From Gammaproteobacteria bacterium (GTDB lineage Bacteria; Pseudomonadota; Gammaproteobacteria; Steroidobacterales; JABDKV01): a stretch of DNA of 64,000 bases. The stretch's first letter is position 1, and each line of letters starts with the position of its first letter. Below the pieces are notes generated by a model that ran no database searches, was not told the origin of the DNA, and was given only the letters and a program-made list of their open reading frames with translations. Made by a program: the position numbers and the translations under genes. Shown here one piece after another: positions 16,348 through 25,732 of the stretch. Where the stretch lies: the NCBI GenBank assembly GCA_029862165.1, contig JAOTXU010000017.1:2914-66913 (forward strand). The letters are read 5' to 3'.

Positions 16348-17190
16348 CTATGGTAACGGTGACTTGCCGGCCGATACAGACTGGTATGGCTGGCAGCTGA
16401 CCGATATCCGCCCGGATGGCGCGTCCAGAGATAGTGCGCTTAGCTTTCCGCCCCAAACACAGCCGGTATCCAGAGCACAGACATCCGGATCACCTGTTTC
16501 GCCCAGTGTCGACCAATGCCCGAAAATGATTTTTTGTCTGGCGCTGGCGCGTCCGGGGATGCGGAACCATGGATGGAAGCCCGCCGGCTGCGTGCCCGGA
16601 GCGCCCTTGGATTTGAGGCACATTTCGCCGTCCGGGCTGCAATAACGCATACGGGTCAGGCTGTTGACGATACAGCGCAGTCTGTTGTCACCGGTCAGGT
16701 GGTCGTACCAAGTTGCCGGCGCGTCGCCATACATATTGCGCAGAAACTCATGATATCTATTGCTCCGCAGGACGGCTTCTACTTCTGCTGCGCATCTCAT
16801 AGCCATGTTTGCGTCCCAGCGTGGTGGCAGACCGGCGTGCACCAACAAGAAGCCACCCTCACGGAATGCCAGTGGCCGTCGGCGCAACCAGTCGATGAGT
16901 TCGATGCGATCAGGTGCATCGAGTATCGCAGTCAGCGTGTCGCGTTTTTTTGCTGTTGCGACGCCAGCATCCACAGCAAGCAAATGCAGGTCGTGATTAC
17001 CTAGCACTGTGACCGCGCTATTGCCTAATCCTTTGACAAAACGCAGAGTCTGCAGAGAGTCGGGTCCGCGGTTGACCAAATCGCCAGTAAACCAGAGACG
17101 GTCTGCACGCCTGTCGAAATTGAGTTTGTCGATCAGTTGTTCAAGAGCGGCGTGGCAACCCTGTACGTCACCGATGCCGTATACGGTCAT
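16348..17190 (-). CDS. apaH: Bis(5'-nucleosyl)-tetraphosphatase, symmetrical
   Basis: [46 protein letters not shown] are the metallophosphoesterase/ApaH signatures. The gene follows apaG. Confidence 0.93.
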   Translation of the reverse strand: MTVYGIGDVQGCHAALEQLIDKLNFDRRADRLWFTGDLVNRGPDSLQTLRFVKGLGNSAVTVLGNHDLHLLAVDAGVATAKKRDTLTAILDAPDRIELIDWLRRRPLAFREGGFLLVHAGLPPRWDANMAMRCAAEVEAVLRSNRYHEFLRNMYGDAPATWYDHLTGDNRLRCIVNSLTRMRYCSPDGEMCLKSKGAPGTQPAGFHPWFRIPGRASARQKIIFGHWSTLGETGDPDVCALDTGCVWGGKLSALSLDAPSGRISVSCQPYQSVSAGKSPLP

Positions 17191-17197
17191 ACGCGGG

Positions 17198-17575
17198 TCA
17201 ATTCAATGTGCGCGGCGTCGCCAGGGTGAATGGCGCTATGACCGTGTCAAATGCCGCGCCATCGTCGCCGATCATGCCGTAGCTGCCCTGCATCGAACCG
17301 ACCGGCGTATCCAGTATCGCTCCGCTGGAATATCTAAAAGTTTCGCCCGGCGCAATGTGCGGTTGTTCACCTACGACGCCCTCACCACGTACTTCCTGGA
17401 TGCGTCCGTTGGCGTCGGTAATAATCCAGTGCCGGGTCAACAGCTTCGCCGGTATATCGCCCTGGTTGCGGATGCTGATCGTGTAGGAAAAAACATAACG
17501 TTCACCCGCCGGATCCGACTGCTGGTCGATATAGTCGGTTTCAACTTCGATTTGAAATTCGTAGGGCTCTTTCAT
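17198..17575 (-). CDS. apaG: ApaG (DUF525) protein
   Basis: From the ATG at 17575 the product reads [61 protein letters not shown]. The ORF-track extension to 17683 overlaps the usp gene and is unlikely. Confidence 0.9.
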   Translation of the reverse strand: MKEPYEFQIEVETDYIDQQSDPAGERYVFSYTISIRNQGDIPAKLLTRHWIITDANGRIQEVRGEGVVGEQPHIAPGETFRYSSGAILDTPVGSMQGSYGMIGDDGAAFDTVIAPFTLATPRTLN

Positions 17576-17579
17576 AGTT

Positions 17580-18011
17580 TCAGCGAACACGCACGGCCAG
17601 CAGGTCGCAGGGTGCCGCATGCAAGATGGTGTCTTCAGTATAGTTGACCAGGATTGCCAGACCGTGGCGCTCGCGGCTCCCAAGTATGATCAGGTCAGCC
17701 TCGATGTCCTGTGCTAACTGAACCAGCTCGGATTTTATATTGCCGATACGAATCTCTTGTGTTGCTTCAGTGAGCTGATGTTTCTTGGCCAGCGCAGCCA
17801 ATCGTGCTTGTGCGCTGGCGCGCAGTTCCTCCGGCAAATCGACTGACGGTAGCAACGCCTCACCCATCGGCTCTACCGGCACGTACTCAACAACGTGCAG
17901 TAAGCTAAGCGTGGCACCAAATAAATCGGCAAGTTTGCTTGCCGTGTCGCACACAGCGTCGCTGTGTTCACTGAGATCGACCGCGACCAGGATCTGACGA
18001 TAGTGGCTCAT
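17580..18011 (-). CDS. Universal stress protein (UspA family)
   Basis: 143 aa. ILVAVDLSEHSD..LSLLHVVE..DLIILGSRERHGL are typical USP motifs. Confidence 0.85.
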   Translation of the reverse strand: MSHYRQILVAVDLSEHSDAVCDTASKLADLFGATLSLLHVVEYVPVEPMGEALLPSVDLPEELRASAQARLAALAKKHQLTEATQEIRIGNIKSELVQLAQDIEADLIILGSRERHGLAILVNYTEDTILHAAPCDLLAVRVR

Positions 18012-18038
18012 AGGGCAATACTAGCAGGGCACGGGCCT

Positions 18039-18809
18039 CTAGCGCCCCTCAATCTCTCGAGTTATAGCGGAAAATCCTGCTGGATCAATGGTTTCCGGGC
18101 GTGCCGCCGGGTCCTGACCGGCCGCTTCAATATCGGCGACAGTGGCCAGGCTGGCCAGCGCATTGCGTAATGTCTTGCGGCGATGGCTAAAGGCCACCCT
18201 GACCACGCGGGTGAATAATTCCGGATCAGCCAACTCAAAGGGCGGTGTCGCATGCGGCACCAACCGCACGACGGCACTATCGACGCGAGGTGGTGGGTGG
18301 AATGCGCCACGGCCGACGCCGAACTGATATTCCACCCGTGCCACGGCCGCCAGCATGATCGTTAACCGGCCATAGGTTTTGTTACCGGTGCTTGCCGTCA
18401 TGCGCTCGACCACTTCACGCTGCAGCATGAATAGCATGTCGCTGATGTGAGCTGACTGTTTCATTAGATGAAACAACAATGGAGTTGAAATATTGTATGG
18501 CAGGTTTCCAAAAACCCGCAGATGAGTTTTTTTCAGGCTCGCGAAATCGAATTTTAGTGCGTCAGCCTCGTGCACCCGCAATGCGCCATGTTGCCCTAGC
18601 TGATCGCGCGCCAGTTGTGCGAGATCGCGGTCCACTTCGATAACGTCGAGGCTGCCTGCGCGTTGTAGTACCCGTGTTGTCAGAGCACCACGGCCCGGGC
18701 CGATCTCGACCAGGTTTTCACCAGGTTTGGGGTCCAGCGTATCGACAATACGTTCTATCACCTGCGGGTCGTGCAGAAAATGTTGCCCGAAGCGTTTTCT
18801 TACCGGCAT
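18039..18809 (-). CDS. rsmA: 16S rRNA (adenine1518/1519-N6)-dimethyltransferase
   Basis: FGQHFLHD, VEIGPGRGALT, GNLPYNISTPL and the KsgA C-terminal domain are present. The position downstream of pdxA is conserved. Confidence 0.95.
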   Translation of the reverse strand: MPVRKRFGQHFLHDPQVIERIVDTLDPKPGENLVEIGPGRGALTTRVLQRAGSLDVIEVDRDLAQLARDQLGQHGALRVHEADALKFDFASLKKTHLRVFGNLPYNISTPLLFHLMKQSAHISDMLFMLQREVVERMTASTGNKTYGRLTIMLAAVARVEYQFGVGRGAFHPPPRVDSAVVRLVPHATPPFELADPELFTRVVRVAFSHRRKTLRNALASLATVADIEAAGQDPAARPETIDPAGFSAITREIEGR

Positions 18810-18810
18810 T

Positions 18811-19806
18811 TTAGTCTCGTTGCGTTACGCCCAACTCAATGGCCAGGTTGATCGCGGCGCGGAGACTGCCGGGGTCAGCCCTTCCGCTACCTGCCAAATC
18901 GAAAGCCGTGCCATGATCGACTGAAGTGCGGACAAAAGGCAGCCCCAACGTCACATTCACAGCGTCGCGAAACCCAGCATACTTGAGCACCGGTAACCCC
19001 TGATCGTGGTACATCGCCAGTACTGCATCAGCATTTTCGAGCCGTTCCGGCAGGAATGCGGTATCGGCGGGCAACGGTCCGGTTACGCCCAGACCCTGGT
19101 CACGAAGTTTCTGCAAAACCGGCTCAATAATTTCTATTTCCTCGCGACCCAGATGACCCGATTCGCCTGCATGGGGATTGAGGCCACATACCAGAATCTG
19201 TGGGTTGTCCAGTCTGAAGCGGCGCCACAAATCGTCGTGTAGCACTAACAGCACCGATTCCAGTCTGTCGGCGGTAATTGCAGCGGGAACCGCTGCCAAG
19301 GGCAGATGGGTGGTCGCCAGGGCTACCCGTAGCGATCCACTACACAAAAGCATGACCGGCAACGCATTTCCCGATGCAGCGGCGAGAAATTCTGTGTGTC
19401 CGCTAAATGCAGTGCCTGATTGCGACAGCACGGCCTTGCTCACCGGGCCGGTAACCATCGCGTCGGCCTCTGAATGTAAGCAGGCTGATGCCGCGATTCG
19501 CAGGCTTTCCAATATGGCCGGGCCATTTATGGATGACGGTTTTCCAGCAATGACCTTGTCGGCAAACCTAACAGGCAAGACCTGCAGTTGACCAGCTTTG
19601 TGGGGCGCGGACTGTCGGGCGGAGTCCAGCACCACAATATCGATGTCGGTACCGAGCATCTGACCCCGCGCGCTTAACACGCCCGGATCTGTGACGATCG
19701 CGATGGCAGCCGGCCAGTTTTCCATGGCGATTGCCAGACACAGATCGGGTCCAATTCCGGCGGGATCGCCGGGTGTCAGGATCAGACGGACCGGTATGTC
19801 ATTCAA
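18811..19806 (-). CDS. pdxA: 4-hydroxythreonine-4-phosphate dehydrogenase
   Basis: 331 aa with TPGDPAGIGPDL, GHTEFLA, LNPHAGE and VDHGTAFD motifs. The position after surA is conserved. Confidence 0.95.
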   Translation of the reverse strand: MNDIPVRLILTPGDPAGIGPDLCLAIAMENWPAAIAIVTDPGVLSARGQMLGTDIDIVVLDSARQSAPHKAGQLQVLPVRFADKVIAGKPSSINGPAILESLRIAASACLHSEADAMVTGPVSKAVLSQSGTAFSGHTEFLAAASGNALPVMLLCSGSLRVALATTHLPLAAVPAAITADRLESVLLVLHDDLWRRFRLDNPQILVCGLNPHAGESGHLGREEIEIIEPVLQKLRDQGLGVTGPLPADTAFLPERLENADAVLAMYHDQGLPVLKYAGFRDAVNVTLGLPFVRTSVDHGTAFDLAGSGRADPGSLRAAINLAIELGVTQRD

Positions 19807-21101
19807 CTGCTGCCGTCGAGTCTGATCTCGACGTACGCTTCATCGCGTAACTGGCGAATCCAGTCCTGCGCCTCTTCTTCAAATTTGCGCTCACGCAGGG
19901 TGACAGCAGCCTGATTGCGACGCACATCCAACGTACTGTCGTAGGTCCGCGTATCGAGTAGCTGTACGATGTGCCAACCGAAAGGAGTTTCGAATGGTTC
20001 CGAAATCTCCATTTTTTCCAGTGCATCCAGCTGTGCTTCGAACTCCGGAACAAAGTTACCTAGGCTTGCCCAGCCGAGTTCGCCGCCAGCGCTGGCACCT
20101 GATGCGTCGTCGGATTCGGCCGCCGCGATTGTTGCGAAATCTTCGCCATCGTTCAGACGGGCCAATATGTCCACTAATTTTTGTTTCGCTTGTTCAGAGG
20201 TGACAACCTGATTCGGCTGAATCAATATGTGTCTGGCCAATCGTTGATCCGTCATAACCTTTTCTACTCCACGGATGTCACTTAACTGCACAACATGGAA
20301 TCCACTTGCACTCCTGATCGGCGGAGCGGTTTGTCCCGGGGTCATTGTGACGACCGTGTCTGCAAAAATGGAAGGAAGCGCATTGGCCTTGAGATAACCG
20401 AGATTGCCGTGATCTGTCAGAACACCCGGTGAAGCAGAATAGGAAATCGCAAGCGGGCCGAAATCTTCGCCGTCGTTGAGTCGTGTAACGAGTTCCTCCG
20501 ATATCTTAGCGGCTTCGGATATTGTCTCCTCGCTGGCGTCGCTCGCAACAGAAATTAGCAAGTGGAGCACCTCATACTCGATATCGTCCGGCGCGTTCTT
20601 GGCAATAATCTTGTCAACTTCGCTACGTGTAATAGAAATTCGCGAACCGACATCGCGCATGCGCAATTGATCCAGCACCATATCCTCGCGCAGCTCGGTA
20701 CGATAATGGCTGTAATCCAATCCCTGAATGGAAAGCGCTGCTGGCAGCTCGCTGAGTGTTAGGCCGTTGCGCTGAGCGAGCAATTCCAGGGAACGGTTGA
20801 CTTCTTCGTCCGAAATTGCCAAACCAAGCCGATCCGCACGTTGTAGCTGAATCTGCCTCAGGATCAGGCTCTCGAGTACTTGCCGGCGCAGAATTTCCGG
20901 CGGCGGTGGCGGAATGTTCTGTGCGTTGAGGTTGCGGTTAGCTGTTTCGAGCTGCCGAGCAAGCTCGCTCTGTAACACGACGCCTTCGTTAACCACAGCG
21001 ACTATACGATCCAGCAGAATCTCAGAGCTTTTATCCTGAGCGTGCGCCTGATGAGCCAGAATGCTGCAACAGACAAGAAAAGCAACTCTAATATATTTCA
21101 T
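19803..21101 (-). CDS. surA: Periplasmic chaperone / peptidyl-prolyl isomerase SurA
   Basis: It has a signal peptide, the SurA N-domain (DRIVAVVN..VLQSEL) and two parvulin domains (..HILI.. and FGWHIVQLLD). Confidence 0.93.
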   Translation of the reverse strand: MKYIRVAFLVCCSILAHQAHAQDKSSEILLDRIVAVVNEGVVLQSELARQLETANRNLNAQNIPPPPPEILRRQVLESLILRQIQLQRADRLGLAISDEEVNRSLELLAQRNGLTLSELPAALSIQGLDYSHYRTELREDMVLDQLRMRDVGSRISITRSEVDKIIAKNAPDDIEYEVLHLLISVASDASEETISEAAKISEELVTRLNDGEDFGPLAISYSASPGVLTDHGNLGYLKANALPSIFADTVVTMTPGQTAPPIRSASGFHVVQLSDIRGVEKVMTDQRLARHILIQPNQVVTSEQAKQKLVDILARLNDGEDFATIAAAESDDASGASAGGELGWASLGNFVPEFEAQLDALEKMEISEPFETPFGWHIVQLLDTRTYDSTLDVRRNQAAVTLRERKFEEEAQDWIRQLRDEAYVEIRLDGSS

Positions 21102-21109
21102 GATTCTAA

Positions 21110-23386
21110 TTACCGTGACCCGTAGCCAAGGATACCATTCTCCAACAATAAATCGGCTCGTCCACCGACGCTGGCAAGACCCTTGAAGTGAATCTGTGTA
21201 AAAACGGCGGTGTCTCTGGAGCCGTCCCGACTATTAACGAAGTTACGCGATACGACGCGCGCCACCCAACAGCATGTTTCGTACTCCACGCCTGCAAAAC
21301 GTTCAAGCGTTTTGTCATCTTGCAACGAATAGTTCCAGCGCCCGACAAAATTCCAACGGGATGACACCGGCCAGGCAAAGGACAAATCGGACTGCTCCAG
21401 TTCCTGACGCCGAAAACGATACGCCAAGTTAACGATCCGTTCGTCATCCGGGCGAAACTGCACTCGAACTTCAGCCTTTGACGACTGCGTTGCTTCTGGA
21501 TCCCATTGATAGCCGACGTCGGCATTCCATCGTCGACTGAAGTTCATGCCGACTTCGGCGATCATATTCGAGGAATCGGCAACTGGGCTCGCACCATCGG
21601 GCAGCGAGACCGCGCGGTCGCTGAGAAACAGAGCCTGTCCCAGAGTTGCCGTAAGGTATTCACGCCCATCGCCAAAATTAAGCAGCCGGGATGTGACGCC
21701 GATACTGAGTTTATCTGTGTCGCCCAAGCGATCGCCTCCTGTAAAACGATTCTGTCTGAACAACTGCACGTTATTGAAATCAGGTTCTCCGCTGTCAAAT
21801 ATGGGAATGTTGGACTGATCGCGAAAGGGGATGTGTGTGTATTGAACTCTTGGTTCAAGGGTTTGTGTGAGTTTTCCCACACCGCCGACTGGCCGTTCGA
21901 AGAAGGCGCGGCTATCAATACTTAGCACGGGCGCTGTAACCGTTGGTGTCCGGTCAGCATTGTCGACGCGATTCGAAAGCTGATATTGCGTGTGCCGAAG
22001 TTCGAGGCGCGGTGTGATGGAAAACCCCGGCCCGCCAACGGGTAGGCTCACATCGGGTCTCAGATCCAGACGCAATCCTGTAACACCGCTACGACGTTGA
22101 AAGTTTACGACTTCGGCGCGTAATCCCACTTTTGTTCCGGCAAAATTGTTCCAGGAGCCGTTGGCCAGAAATTGAGGCACTCTTTCATAAGGGCGATTAT
22201 CTTCCGTGATATTCGCTGCCAGTGTCTGGAAACCCTGTGTACGGGCCAGCAATCGCCAGGTTTCGCCCCGATACCTCAGGTCGCCGCGTCGCTCAAGGTG
22301 GGTGGGGCTGGCAGCCCCGAGACTGCCAGCCAGATCTTCAAAATATCGATCATCACTGACATGTTCGAGGCTTGCATCGAGACCCCAGCCAGTGCCGAAG
22401 TTTGTGCGGTGTTTGAAGCGCGTGTGCGAACGCGTCGCGTTTACCAGGTCATCGCTGGGCAAATATACTGCGTTGAGTTCGCCGGACGAGCGTGGCCAGA
22501 GGTAACGAAATGCAGCGTCAAATTGCACACCACGCTTGCCAAGCAGGCGTGGCGTGAAAATCAGATCGCGGTTTGGCGCCATATTCCAGTAGATCGGTAC
22601 ACTCATATCAAAACCGCTGCTATCAGAGCGACCGACGTCAGGAACTAGTATACCGCTCTTGCGCTGGTCTTCGATCGGGAACGACAAATAGGGCGCGTAC
22701 AAGACCGGTACACCTTTAAAGCGCAACTGCACGTTGCGGCCCACACCGACCCCGTTCTCCCGATTCAGCGTTACTCTTGGTGCCAGCAAGACCCAGTCAT
22801 CCTTGTCAACCGGACAAGTGGTGTAGCTGACGTCACGTAATTCAACTATGTTGTCGCTCGGCGTCCAGATCTGTTGTGCCTCGCCTCGTCCATCACGTTG
22901 TGGCAATCGAAAAGACGTACTGACAAAGTTGCCGGTTGCATCACCCGTTTCAAATTCGCCCTGACGGCCGGTCAATTCGATGCGGGGGTCGGCATAACGG
23001 ACGTTTCCACTGGCATTGAGTCGCCCGGTGCCGGCATCATAGCGGACCTCATCCGCGATAATTCGTCGCTCTCCATATTGCAACTCGACATCGCCAGAGA
23101 ACACTGAGTCTTCGCGGATCGACAATATGGCCTGATCGGCGCTGACGTGTACTTTTTCGGCGTCACCGAGCTCTCTCGCCATTTCCAGCTTCAGGCCATT
23201 GTCCGGGTCCTCACTGGCGCCCGCGATGCAGGAGAAGGCGAGGCCTGTCCAAATCAACGCACATATCACTGCCTGACCGCTGGATCCGGTGGCACGCTTA
23301 CTGGGTAATTTGGGGTATGTGGGGCAAATGTTTGGCAAGATTGTTTGTAATTCGACTCGGTGCAAAGCGCCGTTACAATGGCACAC
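21110..23386 (-). CDS. lptD: LPS-assembly outer-membrane protein LptD
   Basis: The OstA N-domain (ADQAILSIREDSVFSGDVELQYGERRIIADEVRYD) is followed by a large beta-barrel. Synteny with surA-pdxA is conserved. The start is uncertain: GTG at 23386 from the track, with a downstream TTG or GTG possible before the signal peptide AVICALIWTGLAFSCIAGA. Confidence 0.9.
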   Translation of the reverse strand: MCHCNGALHRVELQTILPNICPTYPKLPSKRATGSSGQAVICALIWTGLAFSCIAGASEDPDNGLKLEMARELGDAEKVHVSADQAILSIREDSVFSGDVELQYGERRIIADEVRYDAGTGRLNASGNVRYADPRIELTGRQGEFETGDATGNFVSTSFRLPQRDGRGEAQQIWTPSDNIVELRDVSYTTCPVDKDDWVLLAPRVTLNRENGVGVGRNVQLRFKGVPVLYAPYLSFPIEDQRKSGILVPDVGRSDSSGFDMSVPIYWNMAPNRDLIFTPRLLGKRGVQFDAAFRYLWPRSSGELNAVYLPSDDLVNATRSHTRFKHRTNFGTGWGLDASLEHVSDDRYFEDLAGSLGAASPTHLERRGDLRYRGETWRLLARTQGFQTLAANITEDNRPYERVPQFLANGSWNNFAGTKVGLRAEVVNFQRRSGVTGLRLDLRPDVSLPVGGPGFSITPRLELRHTQYQLSNRVDNADRTPTVTAPVLSIDSRAFFERPVGGVGKLTQTLEPRVQYTHIPFRDQSNIPIFDSGEPDFNNVQLFRQNRFTGGDRLGDTDKLSIGVTSRLLNFGDGREYLTATLGQALFLSDRAVSLPDGASPVADSSNMIAEVGMNFSRRWNADVGYQWDPEATQSSKAEVRVQFRPDDERIVNLAYRFRRQELEQSDLSFAWPVSSRWNFVGRWNYSLQDDKTLERFAGVEYETCCWVARVVSRNFVNSRDGSRDTAVFTQIHFKGLASVGGRADLLLENGILGYGSR

Positions 23387-23430
23387 TTGGTGGGACGCTT
23401 CAAACGGCTAATATATTGAATCTCAAGGCC

Positions 23431-24090
23431 ATGATTCTTGCGGCTGGGCGGGGTAGGCGACTGCGACCGTTGACCGACCAAATCCCGAAACCACTGCTAC
23501 AGCTGGCCGGGGAGACTCTGCTTGGACGCCATCTGCGGGCATTGAGTTCCGCCTCGATCAGCAGTGTCGTTATCAATACTGCCTGGCTGGGCTGGATGAT
23601 CCGGCACTACGTCGGTGACGGTGCTCCCTATGATCTCGACGTCACAATCTCAGATGAAGGCGAGACCGTCCTCGATACCGGTGGTGGCATCCTCAAGGCG
23701 ATGCCTCTGTTGGGTGCGGCGCCGTTCATGTTATTGAATGCCGATATCTGGACCGATTTAGATCTGCGTACCATCCAGCCACCAGGGCCAAACGATTTGG
23801 CCAGCCTGGTCCTTGTGCGCAACCCACCTCACCACGGCGCTGGAGATTTTGCGCTCGACGCTGACCGGGTCGTTGAGCACGGCATCCAGCTGACATACTC
23901 CGGTATGGCCATTCTGAGGCCCGAGTTGTTTGCCGGTTGCACCGACGCAATTTTCCCGTTGGCCCCATTGCTGCGTCAGGCAATTGGGGACGGTCGTGTT
24001 TGCGGTCAGCGCTATGACGGTGCCTGGTTCGATATCGGTACCGCGGGCCGTCTTGCCACCGCCCGTCAGTACGCTGCAGCTAGTAAGTAG
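23431..24090 (+). CDS. murU: N-acetylmuramate alpha-1-phosphate uridylyltransferase (MurU-type nucleotidyltransferase)
   Basis: From the ATG at 23431 the product reads MILAAGRGRRLRPLTDQIPKPLL..DTGGGILKA.PLLG.APF..NADIWTD..FSG..FPLAPLLRQA...G.V.G..Y.G.W.DIGT. This is colinear with Pseudomonas MurU as I recall it. The gene is divergent from lptD, as in pseudomonads. Confidence 0.8.
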   Translation: MILAAGRGRRLRPLTDQIPKPLLQLAGETLLGRHLRALSSASISSVVINTAWLGWMIRHYVGDGAPYDLDVTISDEGETVLDTGGGILKAMPLLGAAPFMLLNADIWTDLDLRTIQPPGPNDLASLVLVRNPPHHGAGDFALDADRVVEHGIQLTYSGMAILRPELFAGCTDAIFPLAPLLRQAIGDGRVCGQRYDGAWFDIGTAGRLATARQYAAASK

Positions 24091-24099
24091 AACAAAAGA

Positions 24100-24130
24100 A
24101 AAGGCCACGTCCTGATGGACGTGGCCTTTT
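24100..24130. terminator. Bidirectional rho-independent terminator
   Basis: The stem GGCCACGTCC (24103-24112) pairs with GGACGTGGCC (24117-24126) around the loop TGAT. It is flanked by an A-run upstream and TTTT downstream, and it lies between convergent genes. Confidence 0.85.
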
Positions 24131-24151
24131 CAGGTACTAACTAGCCGTCAG

Positions 24152-25528
24152 TTAGAACTTCAAACCAAGCGAACGAATGATCTCCATGGTGATGTATTTC
24201 TCACCTGAAGGCAGACCTTTCTGGTTGGCGTAGCAACGGGCAGCCTGAAGCGTGCAGGGACCCATAACGCCGTCTACGCGGCACTGGTTGCGGCTAGGAC
24301 CGCACCTGCAGCAACCGGTTTTCTGCAGAGAGGCCTGAAGGGCGCTGACGTTCTGTGCAGTCATGTTGACTTCACACAAAACCGGACGCCACTGGAGGCC
24401 TTCGTCCGAGACTTTTTCGGTCAGCGTGACCGAATCGTACTCGGCGGGGATCGCGATGCGACGCTCAGAAGCTGAACTCACAAGCTTCCTCACTTTTACT
24501 GTGCCGTATTCTGCAGGAATCGTGACTTCGCGAGTGCTTGCCGGGCGAACCAACTTGCTGACTGTTACAGTCTTGTAGGTGGCTTCCGTCGGAATGGAGC
24601 GAGTCGTTGCGGGCTTGGCCAGCACGCGTTTCTCGACCGTCTTGTACTCGGCAGGAATCTCGATAGTCTTGGTAGTTGCAGGTTTCACCAACACAGTTTT
24701 CTGGATGGACTTGTACGTGGCTGGAACTTCGACCAGGCACATTACTTCGCCGGTATCTTCCGTGCGTGTATCCAGAACTTTGTACTCGGTGTCGCCAAAA
24801 CGCTGGACCTGTGCAGCGGCACCGCCACTAACGCCTGCGCCTGTGCCCAAGCCTGTGGAGCGCTTCCATTCAGTGCGGGCAGGCGAATCGAGAACACGCT
24901 CGGTTTGGGTCTTGTACTCTGCCGGGACTTCAACGATTCGGGTTGAGGCCGGGGACACCAGTACGCGTTCACTAGCGGTCCGGTACTCGGCAGGCACAAC
25001 AGCAAGCTTCTCGCCGGCCGGCTTGACCAGCACACGCTCCTGGACCTGCTCGTACTGAGCCGGAATAGTCTCCAGACGTGTTGAAGCCTCCTTGACCAGC
25101 ACACGCTCCGTGCCTGGCTCGTATCGGGCAGGAATCACTTCGATACGTTCGCTAGCCTCTCTTTTCAAAACGCGCTTGGTTGACGTGTTGTACTTGGCCG
25201 GGATGATTACCCTGGCATAGCACTCGCCTGGACGCGGGTTCGGCGGAAAGAGGTCGGAACCAATACCGCCAGCGGCGCTTATGCCGCCGGTGCTACCGGC
25301 ATGGCTAGCCTCCAGATCGCTGGTTAATCCGGCAACCTGGCGTTCTTTGTTACGCAGTTCAGATTCAAGCATTGAGATCTTACGTTGCTGCTCGGTAATC
25401 TTTGTTGCATTTGCCGAGCTGCTGCTTGCAGTTGTACTGCTGCTGTCGCTTGTACCAGAACTGGCACAGCCGGCAAGCGTCAGAGTAAATGCAGAAGCGA
25501 GCAGTACGGTAATCACACGTACGTTCAT
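24152..25528 (-). CDS. Lipoprotein with a coiled-coil segment, ten 23-residue PAxY repeats and a C-terminal peptidoglycan-binding-like domain
   Basis: The start is ATG 25528, preceded by GGAGG. A lipobox is present (LTLAGC). The repeat pattern is (I/V)PA-x-Y-x5-RVLVK-x-A-(S/T)-x-R-x3. The C-terminus reads ..LQASLQKTG..RVDGVMGPCTLQAARCYANQKGLPSGE.. and resembles PG_binding_1, with extra cysteines. Confidence 0.7.
   Translation of the reverse strand: MNVRVITVLLASAFTLTLAGCASSGTSDSSSTTASSSSANATKITEQQRKISMLESELRNKERQVAGLTSDLEASHAGSTGGISAAGGIGSDLFPPNPRPGECYARVIIPAKYNTSTKRVLKREASERIEVIPARYEPGTERVLVKEASTRLETIPAQYEQVQERVLVKPAGEKLAVVPAEYRTASERVLVSPASTRIVEVPAEYKTQTERVLDSPARTEWKRSTGLGTGAGVSGGAAAQVQRFGDTEYKVLDTRTEDTGEVMCLVEVPATYKSIQKTVLVKPATTKTIEIPAEYKTVEKRVLAKPATTRSIPTEATYKTVTVSKLVRPASTREVTIPAEYGTVKVRKLVSSASERRIAIPAEYDSVTLTEKVSDEGLQWRPVLCEVNMTAQNVSALQASLQKTGCCRCGPSRNQCRVDGVMGPCTLQAARCYANQKGLPSGEKYITMEIIRSLGLKF
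24380..25201 (-). repeat. Two blocks of five 69-bp (23-codon) tandem repeats within the lipoprotein gene
   Basis: The peptide units include PAKYNTSTKRVLKREASERIEVI, PARYEPGTERVLVKEASTRLETI, PAQYEQVQERVLVKPAGEKLAVV, PAEYRTASERVLVSPASTRIVEV, then PATYKSIQKTVLVKPATTKTIEI, PAEYKTVEKRVLAKPATTRSIPT and more. The spacing is exactly 23 aa. Confidence 0.85.
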
Positions 25529-25551
25529 TTTTAAATACCTCCGGGTATTCC

Positions 25552-25579
25552 CCAAAAAAAGACAGGTCGCTTTGACCCG
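25552..25579 (-). terminator. Terminator-like hairpin plus T-run downstream of lipA and immediately upstream of the lipoprotein SD
   Basis: The minus strand reads CGGGTC-aaagc-GACCTG (a 6-bp stem including one G-U pair) followed by TCTTTTTTT. The element lies ~150 nt after the lipA stop and only ~24 nt before the start codon at 25528. Confidence 0.4.
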
Positions 25580-25732
25580 ATCTCCCCGTGGGCTTATTAA
25601 AAAAAACTCCTTCGAGCCCGCTTCAACGCCCCCAAAAGGCCTGCATCAGAAGCGGTACGGGGGTGATTATAAGAGGGCTGGGGCAGAAAGCTATGGGGCC
25701 CATAAACTTTTACATTGATGAAGTTATATGTA

